Origin: Aplysia californica
Lineage: Eukaryota
Assembly: GCF_000002075.1 (NCBI RefSeq)
Contig: NW_004797297.1
Span: forward strand, 1,975,701-2,039,700
Length of the DNA stretch: 64,000 nucleotides
Direction of reading: 5' to 3'
Position numbers and translations under genes: made by a program. The notes beneath the pieces are model-generated. The model saw nothing but the letters and a program-made list of their open reading frames with translations. It did no database searches and had not been told where the DNA came from. This document shows, piece after piece, positions 1 through 11,089 of this stretch (positions within the stretch are counted from its first letter, which is position 1; every line of letters begins with the position of its first letter).

Positions 1-1399
1 AGGCCTCAGGTAATTTTATGAACTTCTCTGGTCTGTCATGTTCGTGGTCGTAAAATGTAGTCAGGAGAATACAGTAGTTTGCTTAAACCAAAAACTGAAA
101 TAATGCCGAAATTTCTTCAGTTGAGCTGTGTTTTCAGTTTAAAGAGATATCTCAAACAGCCAACAATGACTGTCGAAAACATATAATTGGGAATGCCATG
201 CTTTTTCTCTACCTCTTTCTTCAGTAACTACAATTTGAACTGCAGGCTGTACGCATTGTGCTTTGTCTTCGGCTTTGTCATCTTAGCTTATTATTAATCT
301 GCCAAACAGCCTCACAGTACTGATGAAAAAGCGGAGAGTACTGCACGCTGTATATTTATTGCACTTTCACTCAAGACTAGAGAAGTGAGAGAGCCCAATG
401 CTACGTGTTCAGGTGTAACACACATGAGCTAGCTTTACAAAGGCAGTAGTCCAGAACCAACTGATGGGAGTATGATAAATGTACATGCCCTATCCTTTCG
501 TGGTTGTACACAATAAGTGACAGTGTGTAGGCCTATTGATATGTGTGATAAACGTAGACAAACAGTCCACTGGCAATGCCGGTCTCTGGCCCGCAATCAA
601 CTCATGTGCGTTCTCATGTCCATTTCTTCTGTTTTGTTATTTTGAAGTGTGTAAGACATGATAATTTGTGTTACTTGATGGTTGCTAGTTGTTAAGATTT
701 AGATGACATAACCATTGGAGTGCTGTTCGGTTTTAAAATAGGAGCATTTTGGATAATCCGTAGTGCCCTTATAAAGACGAGGATTTTTGAAAATCAGTTT
801 GCTGCGTTTTTGGATTAACTGTACATTGTTCGGTTTAAGTGGATTCCCCAAGAGCTTAGTTTAGTAGGAGGTGTTGAATGTGAATAAGTCTACTCAACAT
901 ACTATGGTGTGGAGTAGTTAAATGGCAGTTTGTGAACTATACCAATCAGTTAAAATTTTTTATGTGTCTCTTTGAAGGTTTTTACAGTGTTTGTAACGAG
1001 ACAGTAGTCGTAATGGTGTGCGCCACTTTCTATGAAATTTTCCCTTTTTTTTAGTCAATATTATTTTATTTTATTGTCATTGTTGCTATAGGCCTAAGTC
1101 TTGCACAAGTTTATTATAATAACCCCCCCCCCCCCCCCCCTCTATTTTCGTTTTTCTATTTCCAGTTTCTTTTGCCTTTTTTTGTCTTCATTGGTTCTTA
1201 AGCTCCTCCTATCATCAGGTTGTTGGTTTTTTTTACTGCTTGTTCTCAGCATTATTGCTTGTTTTGTTCCTTATAACCATTAGAGATGGGTACCTCTGGA
1301 GGTTCTACTTCTTTTCTTTGTCCATCTATTGTTCCTCTTTCCTTTACCCTGTTCTAAATGGCCTTTGTTACATCAATGTACTTCTCTTTACTCAAACAG

Positions 1400-4300
1400 C
1401 CGTTGGAACCTTTGGGGAAGAAAATGGCTTCTGTCAAGAAAGGAGAGAATGAAGCTCAGAGGACGAGAGCCCGGCAGTTGGGTCACGTGCTGTATGACAA
1501 GATCACACAAATCGTCAACACCGGGGAGTTGGCTCAAGAGCTCCAAGACAAACAAGTGCTTATTACATCGGCAAGTGTTCCTGTCTTACCATTTGTTCAT
1601 CAGCTTTTGTAACCGTACAATATTATATATGTGTCGCGGCGTGGTGGAATCAGGCGCTCGTCAAGGGAAAATGGCCGTCAAAGTATGATGACTTCCAAAG
1701 CTTGAATGAGAGTCCTTGGAAACTGCAAATTTTAATTTGACAATGACAATGACAATCTTTATTCATCTCGCAGGGAGAAATTTGTCTTGGTCATTAACAA
1801 TGGCAGTAGACGTTGCGAAAGTTAGACTTAAAGGTGCACTCGCGCAAACGCACAAGACAGGACTTTAGGCCAAGTAAATACAATATGTCTCATGTGCTGG
1901 GACAACCCCCTGTGTAAACACACTCTCTCTCTTTTTCTCTCTCTCTCTTCCTCCCTCTCTCTCTCTTTCTCTCTCTCTCTTTTTCATTTGTAGCACTGTG
2001 TGTTCAGTAACCTCACTGCACTAAAATCATTCTGATTGTGTTTTGAGAAAGGGAAAGAGAGGGAGAGAGATATTAATTATCTTGTGCTGTTTTCTTCCAC
2101 AAGGCCTAACATGCCCTGATAAGTGCTCCTGTGTAATCTCCCCTGACATTTTGTAAGAGAGATGAACAGTAAAAGATCAAAGTCACATCAGTAAGGCTTC
2201 TTTACTGGCTAGCTATTTTGGTGGGTTAAAGACTGCTGGATTTTTAGACTTGCTTGATAGTATAAGATAAGAAAAGTATTCATTCAATTTTTAAGGAGAG
2301 AGAGCTTTTGCCTTTTTCTTTCTGAGGTTTTCGTTTGTGACTTCATCTGATGCTGTTCAAGGTTTACTACCCTGTACCTCTTTTATTTCCTCACCCAGGT
2401 GTATATTTTTATATACAGTCGACTCCATTTGTGTTGAACTTGCCTGAGTTGATATTTGGTTGAGTTTGATGTTTTTGTGGGGTCCAGCACCCCTTCTTCT
2501 TTACGTTTGTTAAAGTCAAGTAGTTTAGGTTCAACTTAAGAGACTCCCTACTGCAAGTATGCAATGGTTGTGTTAATATTTTTGTTGTTGCTTGTGTAGC
2601 GTCAGATGTTCCACAGCAGTCTTGGCACAAGTGAAACTTAACGTAAAAATACAGTTATGTAGAGCCAATCAAAAAGTAATAATGGGTCTATATATCTAGG
2701 TAAGGCTATTTTAAATAGCCTAAGCCTACCTAATGCTTTTGTGAAACAGTGAGGGGAATGCAAAAAAGCCGGTATGTATTTGACGCAGCGGCACAACAAC
2801 CACACCTGTTGTTGTTTCCCCACCCCTCAAGCCGCAAGACCAAAGGGTACAGGGCACTGCAAGACAATGAGTAATACAGTAAAACCTTGGTATAACATAC
2901 TCGGCTGAAAAGGTACTCTCAATTGCAGCTTAGTGCAACTTCTACTCTCTGAAATCTGGAATCCCAGTTCGAAATTTTACTCTTTAAAAGCTGTCTAAAG
3001 TGTGTCTGGGTAAAAACATTCTTTTTGCTGATAACGTTCACTTAACAAGTGATTTGAGTGATCTAAATTTGTTTATAATTATAATGGATATTGTACTTTG
3101 TTAGGATAAGAAAATGGCAAAAAATGATAGTTTTACAGTACTCAGGAATACAAGGTAGTCAGCTGCAGTGAGAGAGGTACATAATGTGTATTGTTTGTAT
3201 TTTTGCCGTCTGTGGATGCTTGCAACCTTCACCCCCCCTCTCAATATTTGTTCTGAAGACTTTGCACCCATGACTGCTCACAACTTAAAAGTTGCACTAA
3301 ATTTCCTCAGTAGAAAATAGGTCACTATCTTCCAACTGGGAACACAACACATCCCACTGAGTTCTTTCTTGAACCGGATCTGTAAGGGCTACCCCCCCCC
3401 CCCCCCCCCCCACCACTGTGTAACTGCATATATCGACTAGCCAAAGGGCTCAAATTCTGGTGGCCGCTAGATCAGAGAAATGAAATTTTAAAAATGAAAA
3501 TGAACTGAAGAACGTGTGGTTCTTGCTATGGTTTCCTGTTTTCCATTCTGCAGGTAAAAATGAATCCAAATTTTGGAGGGATGAACGTTTACTGGGATGC
3601 AGACAGAACTGATGCTTTGGAAGTTGAGGAGCTGCTCTTTGCTAACAGCGGTAGACTCAGGTATGTATTTGCGAATGTGTTACTTTTCACATAATGCGAA
3701 CCGTTACGCTTGATTGAAATTAGAGGCCACATTACAAGTTGTTGGCTACCTGTTCAGATGTAGGCTACTTAGCACAACATTTTGAAAATTTTGTTTAAAT
3801 TGCAGTTTCTTAATTTGTGGTATGGGTTTTTTGTGCTCTAGGAATATTTTGTCGAAATTCAAATTCTGAGTATTGAAAAAAAGCAAGAAGTACATAATGT
3901 AGGTACTTTACTTTTTTCTTCCGCTTGTACCCTGGGGTGTCACGGGGAGACACAGGTGTCTGTCTGCAGCAAGTCGTGTGGCCTGGCCTGTAGGAGGGAC
4001 ATCCCATGATCTTTAAGGGTGTCTGCCACAGATTCACTCCATCGTCGCCTTGGTCTTCCTCTGGCTCTCCATCCAGAATATTTAATGTTGTATGCTCTCA
4101 GAGCTGGATGGTTTGAGGGCATCCGCGTGAGGTGTCCGAACCACTTGACCTTTTGTTTTTCAATGTGTGGTAGGACTGGTGTTGCTCCCACGGTGTCCCT
4201 TATGACTTCATTTTTAATTTTGTCTCTTCTTGTTTTGTTGACCGCTCTTCTTAAGCATTTCATCTCGCATGTGACCAGTTTCCTCTCTAGGGCTTTTTTA

Positions 4301-7300
4301 GAGTCCATGTCTGGCACATAATGTAGGCAGGGTTGGGTTGATTTAAATCAGTTGATTTTTTTGATTAAAATCAACTTGATTTTTAAAATAAAAATCAGTG
4401 ATTTAAATCACTTTTTTTTAAAATAATTTTTATTCGGTTTTTACACATTTCAACATTCAGAATTCCTTTCCTTGGTTTCATAAAACAGATATAAGGTTCA
4501 GAAGACTAATATAATCATGCTTAAAAGTCTGATTTCCCCCCTTTCACTGTAAAATAATACAGTATTCAATTTACTTTTTTTTCCATAATTGAAACCAGAG
4601 CTGGGTTGATTTAAATCAGTTGATTTTTAAAAATGTTTAATCAATTTGATTTTAAAAATAAAAATCATTTTTCAAAAAAATGTATTCAGTTTTTACATAT
4701 TTATACTTTCAGAATTCCTTTCCTTGGTTTTATTTTAAACGGATATAAGGTTTAGTAGACTATATAATCATGCTTAAAAGTCTGCTTTCCCCCCTGTCAC
4801 TGTAAAATAATACAGTTCTCAATTTACTTTTTTTTCATAATTGAAAACCAGGGTTGGGTTGATTTAAATCCGGTCGATTTAAATCAGTTGATTTTTTAAA
4901 ATTTAAATCAACTTGATTTTAAAAATAAAACTCAGTGATTTAAATCACTTTAAAAAAATGTTTTCTGTTTTTACATCTTTAAACATTCAGAATTCCTTTC
5001 CTGGGTTATAAAACAGATATAAGGTTTAGTAGACTAAAATTGCTTAAAAGTCTGCTTTCCCCCCCTGTCACTGTAAGTAGTAAAATAATACAGTATTCAA
5101 TTTACTTTTTTTTCATAATTGAAATTAGCATTTTCTTTTTCTTTTTAGACAAACACAAGCGCGTGCTCACACACACACGGTAATAAAATTAAAATGCAAG
5201 TTTATCTATGCATAATTACCCCCCCCCCCCTTCCTTTTAGACTGACATTTTCTTCATTTTTTGTCTGTAGCCATAATTCACTGATAGCAGATTAAGGCTT
5301 TCTAAAATTGCAGTTGTTTAAATTAATCATTAAGTTAAAATAAAGACAATGCATTTTGCACTAAAAGAACATACTTTTAGCCACCAAAAATCCCAAACTG
5401 TGTCGACATTTAAAAAAAACACAAAAAAAACCTGATTTAAATTTTAAAAATCTGATTTAAATTTTAAAAATCGATTTTTTAAATTTTTAATTAAAAAAAT
5501 CAAAAAAATCACCAACCCTGAATGTAGGTACAATTGCTAAAAGAATGAAAATGTTTTCTCCCTCCTGAAAAATTTTATTTTCTAGATTAAGTAAAATAAC
5601 AGCTTGTCGACTAAGTACTTTCCCTTTCTTACTCGTATAATGGAATAAGATATTTACAATACATTTTAATTCATTTTGAACTTCTTGAGGCTGAGACAGT
5701 AAAGCAGTTGCACTCGAAACCAAACCATGAATTCATCTTTTGGACTTGGGACTTGCCTCGAAAGGGCTTGATTTTATATTATTATACATTGTGTAGGATG
5801 CGTTCAGGGTGCACAATCAGGTACTTGAACAATTATTTTTAGATTCCAATGACAATCAATGTTATGTCCATTTCAGTCAGCGATTTAGCTTTAGAAATGT
5901 ATTTTGTTGATTCTGTTGACTGTTGAAGAGAAGTGTGGTGTGCCAGAAGCTTAGTGCTTTTGCTTTGCCTCTGACTCTGGGACTAGTTGGTTTTAGTTTG
6001 TTAGTTCTGAGTTTTACTGTGCTCGCAACTGCGTACGGTCATGTGACGAGCACGCGAAACACAAGTTGGTTGCATTCACAACAGTTAGAGCATGGCTTGG
6101 TTTTGGTCAATGATCAGATTAAAATGTTAAAATCTCAGTCTTAAAATGACAATTTGCATAATATTAAAATAATTATATTAACATTAACATTTTCGTGAAA
6201 ATGCCGATGGCCTTCACAAAATCGAGAATTCTGTTGGGATCAATGACATGGAACAGATCTTGTAATTTTGTACATTTAAAATACTTTCCTCGAGTCTTTC
6301 CAACGTACAGACATTCTGTTAATACAGTATAATTCGCTTATATCAACATGCTTTGGGAAGTGGATTTGATGTCGATATATAAAAATGTCTGAAAATATAT
6401 AAAGCCAAAGAGGAAAAAACAAGGGGAGTTCAGCGGTAAAAAGACAACTGTACTTCTGCAACGTGCGGTGAGAGAATGAATGTGATTGAGGACGTGAAGC
6501 TAAGATTACTAAGAATAGATCTCAAGGTCCTCTAAGGTGATGTAGGCTTACACAACTACACAGTACAATGAAACCAAAGATTTACGATCTTTGGTGAAAC
6601 TAACAAGAGGCAAGGGGGGGGGGGGGATGTTGGAGTTACGGTACCAAAGTCCAAGCAACGCGAGGCGCAAGAGCGATCGGGAGTGGGGGTGGGGAGGTGA
6701 TGCCCAGCGCCCGAGACACTCACGTCTGTGAGGCACTGTACTGTGTTGGAGACTACTACTGAGTACACTGTGTAGGCCCTACATGACCTACTAAAGCCTG
6801 GTGTGTCGATATAGGCTACTTGGCGGGTATGCGAACTTAATGAACTAATGCGTCGACCGTTAGTGTGGCTCCCCCCCCCCCCTATTTATGTTCAAGGGCT
6901 TCACCAAGTACCCAGGAAGCATATCGATGAAGCAGAGTGGGCCGAAAAAAAGTAAATATAAGAAAAATTGTTTAGTGAAGATATTGAAGGAAAAATTTCG
7001 TAATTGGAAAATATTTCAAATTTATGTTGATAAATTGGATGTCGATATAAGTGGATTATACTGTATGTGTCTAATAATGGTGAAATCTGAGTCGCATCTG
7101 ACGCAGAAAGATTTCTCATCTCTCTGCAGGAGGTGGGTTATGTGTCAGGGAGGTGTGTCTGATATAATGCAATCGAGTAAAAGTGACTTCGTCTCTTCTG
7201 GAGAGGCCCGAAGGTTTTCATCATGGACCCAGTTTGGACATGATATTGTGTAGTTATTGTTTATTTATTTATTCCAATGTGTCTCCCACAGACTGGAGCA

Positions 7301-8316
7301 CTTGGGTTGAGAGTGCTCAGTTTATGAAAGTTGAAATTTGTGCTGGTAGGAGGCTAAAGATGTTAATGACAAGTGTGTGAAGCAGTTTTGTTGTCCGTAC
7401 TGTGGGTACTTTACGATAAGATTATTGGTTCCTCATTGGAAGAAATGTCCAGAATGTAAAATTTCGGCTGTCAAAATGTCGTCTATGTGTAGTCTTGTGA
7501 TCTTTCCGGAACTGGTTCAGCATTTAAAACTGCTTCTCCTGAAGATTAAAACAGTTGTGTCAAATACAATTTGGAAATACTCTACTAACAAATGAATGAC
7601 TTCTTTTTTCCTTTGTTTCCAGAAGTCTGCTGATATCCTACCACGTTCTAGGCCGTATACCGGCCATTACGTTTGTCAAGTCAAAGGGCAAAGGTAGCAG
7701 TGTCTCTCGTATCAATGAACTATTGGAGGTAGCGGACTATGGGCCTGATTACAAGCCAACCACTTGGTATAAAAGTGCAGAGTCAACAAACAGATTAACA
7801 AATAACAGTGTCTCTAAGACTGAGGATGGAAATGGAATCAAACCGAGTCTCAGTGAAAATCAAATTAATGTTCATGTGGCAAATCGTGAAGTTGCAGAAA
7901 ATGTTGACAGTTCCAACATATCAACTCTTCGAGACAGCACTCTTGTTCGGGACTTGACTTGTGAATATTTCAGTGCAGAAGGTCTAGACTTTCACTGTAA
8001 TGTTTACAGTTTGCCTCATGAGGATTTGATGAAGAAGGTGATGGCAAAGAAAAGCAAAAAACATTTGAATGATGAAGAAACTGTCATAAATTCTAAAGAT
8101 TACTCAGAATATAGTGAGAAGCTCGCCAGTTTGGAGAGGATAAGAATGAGGTCCAAGGCTGGAAAAGAGTCGACAAAAGTGAAACAAAAACGTCTGGAAA
8201 GAGATGTACAGGACTTCCTGTCCATGACCACACCCAGGAGTGTAACTGACAATGATCACATTGATGATGACTTCGATGAACATGATGATGTGGGTGATGA
8301 TAATAAAAATTTGTGA
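1400..8316 (+). CDS. RBFA: Mitochondrial ribosome-binding factor A, 3' exons: 1400-1570, 3554-3660, 7623-8316 (N-terminal exons upstream of, or not resolved in, the window)
   Basis: The spliced translation PLEPLGKKMASVKKGENEAQRTRARQLGHVLYDKITQIVNTGELAQELQDKQVLITS|VKMNPNFGGMNVYWDADRTDALEVEELLFANSGRLR|SLLISYHVLGRIPAITFVKSKG...NELLEVADYGPD...LPHEDLMKKVM resembles, from memory, the metazoan RBFA core and C-terminal motif. Phases are consistent (0, 2). Acceptors are CAG at 1397-1399 and 3551-3553 and AG at 7621-7622. Donors are GCAAGT at 1571 and GTATGT at 3661. Stop is TGA ending at 8316. Confidence 0.88.
3940..4317 (-). mobile_element. RTE-clade LINE 3' fragment in RBFA intron
   Basis: ORF with EMKCLRR...TRRDKIKNEVIR...KWFGHLTRM...RARGRPRRRW, typical of the RTE ORF C-terminus; 5'-truncated. 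Confidence 0.8.
4328..5520. mobile_element. Non-autonomous hAT-like element with a triplicated left end
   Basis: Termini are CAGGGTTGG...CCAACCCTG. The 8-bp target-site duplication AATGTAGG lies at 4320-4327 and 5521-5528. An ~265-bp unit is repeated three times, starting at 4328, ~4597 and ~4849. Confidence 0.85.
6185..7560 (-). mobile_element. I/Nimb-like LINE 3' fragment (C-terminal CCHC region), interrupted by a MITE
   Basis: Minus-strand reading: SRRDEVTFTRL..RHTSLTH..LLQRDEKSFCVRCDSDFTIIRH|ILTECLYVGKTRGKYF...LQDLF...RILDFVKAIGIFTKM. It rejoins in frame once the 6325-7063 insert and one TA are removed. Confidence 0.7.
6325..7063. mobile_element. Tc1/mariner/pogo-type MITE
   Basis: TIRs are CAGTATAATTCGCTTATATCAACAT and ATGTCGATATAAGTGGATTATACTG, each flanked by TA. 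Confidence 0.8.
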
Positions 8317-8596
8317 ACAAGTAGCAAAACGTGTAAATGGTTCTTTGAATTTTAATAATAATATGCACATAATTAGTAGGCCTATTTACATTGTATTTAT
8401 ACACATCACATACGATACAGAAGTTTTCATTTATCCTTTCACTTGCACTCACACCCCCTTTCAAATGTTCAGGAAATACATATATTTCACTGAACACAGA
8501 AAATGTTCAGGAAAGTAGTCACAACATGGTACATACAAGACAAGAAGGCTCAATTTGGATACATTTATGCGGTAATTGGAGTTGTCTTTATCAGTA

Positions 8597-8750
8597 CAGT
8601 GGAACTCGGATTCAACGAGGTCGCCGGGCCTGACCTAAAATCTCGTTGAATCCGAGTGTTCGTTATAGCAAACATGAGGTTTTGTGTAGATAATTACAGG
8701 CACTAAGCAAGTAATGTATAAAAGAGAAGTCACAAGTAGTGCCTGAAATT
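8597..8750 (+). mobile_element. TA-flanked pogo/mariner-type MITE end (truncated copy; inverted relative to 21180-21331)
   Basis: TA|CAGTGGAACTCGGATTCAACGAG... is about 90% identical (by eye) over ~150 bp to the reverse complement of 21180-21331. It contains the internal inverted repeat ACTCGGATTCAACGAG/CTCGTTGAATCCGAGT. Confidence 0.8.
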
Positions 8751-8751
8751 A

Positions 8752-11079
8752 GGTACCGCAGGCGGGCCGTTTTCAAGGCAGACAGCTACGGCTGGAGCCA
8801 GATTTGGACAACTTCATCCAACTATTACCTGGTTTTAATTTTGGTAAACACTAATAAAAATTATACCACTGTTTTCTGTGTCTTTCCTTCACCATGGTGA
8901 ACGAGAAACTGATACTTATGATAGCATATTTAGTTCTTAATTGACTAAAGTTTAACACGAGAAAACTCGGCCGTCTTGCAATTTTGCGCGCTTAGATTTG
9001 GAGGGTACTTGTTTTAAATTTCGATTTCTCAGTCGTGAATCATCGAATTTTCTTGCGGTTTGAAACATAAAAATCTGGGATTTCAGGAGAATTTCCGGGG
9101 AATGTGTTTATGTTTTTATTCCGAGCGGAAAGCTTGAGTGGTACGATGTAAAGACGAAGAAAGCATTTTAAAATATGAAATTCGACACAAATCGGGCTAT
9201 CCGTGCCATGGTCATATTCCTAGACATCTCTACCTTCAAGTTTATATGTGTTTAGAAAAGCCAACTACTTTCCAAGAAGTAGAAATATTACTTTTTCTGA
9301 AGTGGGGTAACAACCACTTTCGGGAGATCGTCATTCTGGCATTGCGGCTGTTCCATCGCCCATTTCCACCCCCTCTGACTTGACCCAACCAGCAGACGAT
9401 TATAATGATGATTCAGTAAAAGAAACATTCGATAGATCTGTTTATGGCGTCAATTTATGTAAGTTTTATCATAATTTTCTTTTAGGATACTAAGGAATAT
9501 CGTGTTTTGAAAAATAAGACTAATCGGCCACCACTTGCCGTGTGGTTGGATTGTTATTGTTTGGTGGGAATCACGCCAACCTACATTTTCCCCACCTCAT
9601 AGTGAATTAATTGCGATTTATACAAATGTATCGCTTCGTGGTGGTATTTTTGCTGTCTTTTCAACTAAGAACACCTTATTTATTCTAAATGCATTGAAAT
9701 CTAAGCATCTCTGGTCGACAAAGTGAAAGAATAAAGCCGCGAAGAGTTGAACTGGGAGTTCTATTTATAGTAACATGTCATCACACACTACTAAACACTC
9801 GGAAGGGGGTTACCGGGTGTTAGTGTTAATGTTCGTAGATCTATTGTTTGGCATTTAATTCGGTAACAAAAAAGGCTAGATCTACGTTCTTGATTGGTGG
9901 ATATTCAATTATTGAATCAACCAGCCTTTTTACGTATTTTTAGACTTAGACTTAGATGTCACCTGATAGGCTAATTGGAGCACGATGATACATTGTATTT
10001 CCCCAGCCACTGGTTTCTTTCTCAGCTAAAATGATAAATAAATCTAGAACTAGATCTATATTATACAAGATGAACCACGGTAGAACAGTATGTTGATTTA
10101 ATTCCAATTTTTAAACCCCCTGAGCAGAAATCTTTATTTTCTGAAGCAATATTGATGACTTTTTTCACATTATTGTCCATATCTGAATTTATGTTTGGAT
10201 GGTTTTTTTTCTTTCTATAAACTAATTCATTGTATAGAGCCTGAAAAGAGCTTTCATTTGATATATATATATAATGCAACCTTGTAGCACAATTTGTTGA
10301 TTTTATATGAATTTTTTTCCAGTCGGAGGACGTTATAATTTTCACTCAATAATGGCAGGTTTTTGGGCATTACGGCCATATTATGGAGTGTTATGAGAGG
10401 TTTTAGTAAACAATTTTCATTTGGCCCCGTAGAGCTTGCATTGAGCTTTAATTTGATGTATGATTTAGCCCTGTAGCTTAATTTGTTCACTTGTTGTGAT
10501 GCTTTTTGCCCGAGGATGTACCAGAGTTCCCCTAATTTTTTTCCAAGAGGCGTTTTTTGCACCGAAGCCCACTTCAGAGGAGTCCAGAAAAGTTACTCAT
10601 GGTCAGAGAGGTCTAAAAAAAATTCAGCTAAGTCTATGCATGTATTTGTAATGATTGTGTGATTTTCACTAATGAGGAGGCAGTTTTGACTAATTTGGAA
10701 GAGGTTAAAATAGGGTTCTGAGCTCTTAATGACAAATTTTGCCTTTTTTTTTTCAATTTTTGAAGGCCTATATCTTGGAAACCAGTCATTCTAACATGCT
10801 TTGATTTAGAGATATCAATATTTGGGTTGACAGCTCTGGGAAAAACAAAGTTTTCATTGATTTGATCATGCACTTTGTATTTTAGAACACCTCAAACATG
10901 GGTGAAAGTCGCAGTTGAAAATGTTTTGTTAAAAAATAAAACTTTGAAATATCATATCTCGATTATTTATTGATGGATTTTGATAATTCTTTTTTTAATG
11001 TTCTTGTTTCATAGTGTAGATTTGAACCCCTGAGGTTTAAATGTCAGTATTGTTCAAATAAATTTTCGCTTGTGGTACC
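8752..11079. mobile_element. Possible non-autonomous DNA transposon(s)
   Basis: Imperfect 13-bp inverted ends GGTACCGCAGGCG / CGCTTGTGGTACC; non-coding interior; no clear target-site duplication seen. Confidence 0.35.
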
Positions 11080-11089
11080 CACTAAGAGT

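Noticed and set aside
1-15. Possible end of an upstream RBFA exon (AGGCCTCAG|GTAATT)
   Set aside because: Only 9 nt are visible; plausible, but it cannot be supported from this window.
1123-1140. Long C/G homopolymers (also ~3392, 23062, 24176, 62216)
   Set aside because: Common throughout the window, lengths are unreliable in assemblies, and there is no specific functional context.
1665-1735. Match to 57865-57930 (GAAAATGG..CAAAGT..ACTTCCAAAGCT..GTCCTTGGAAACTGCAAATTT)
   Set aside because: Most likely the end of an ordinary dispersed repeat; too short to classify.
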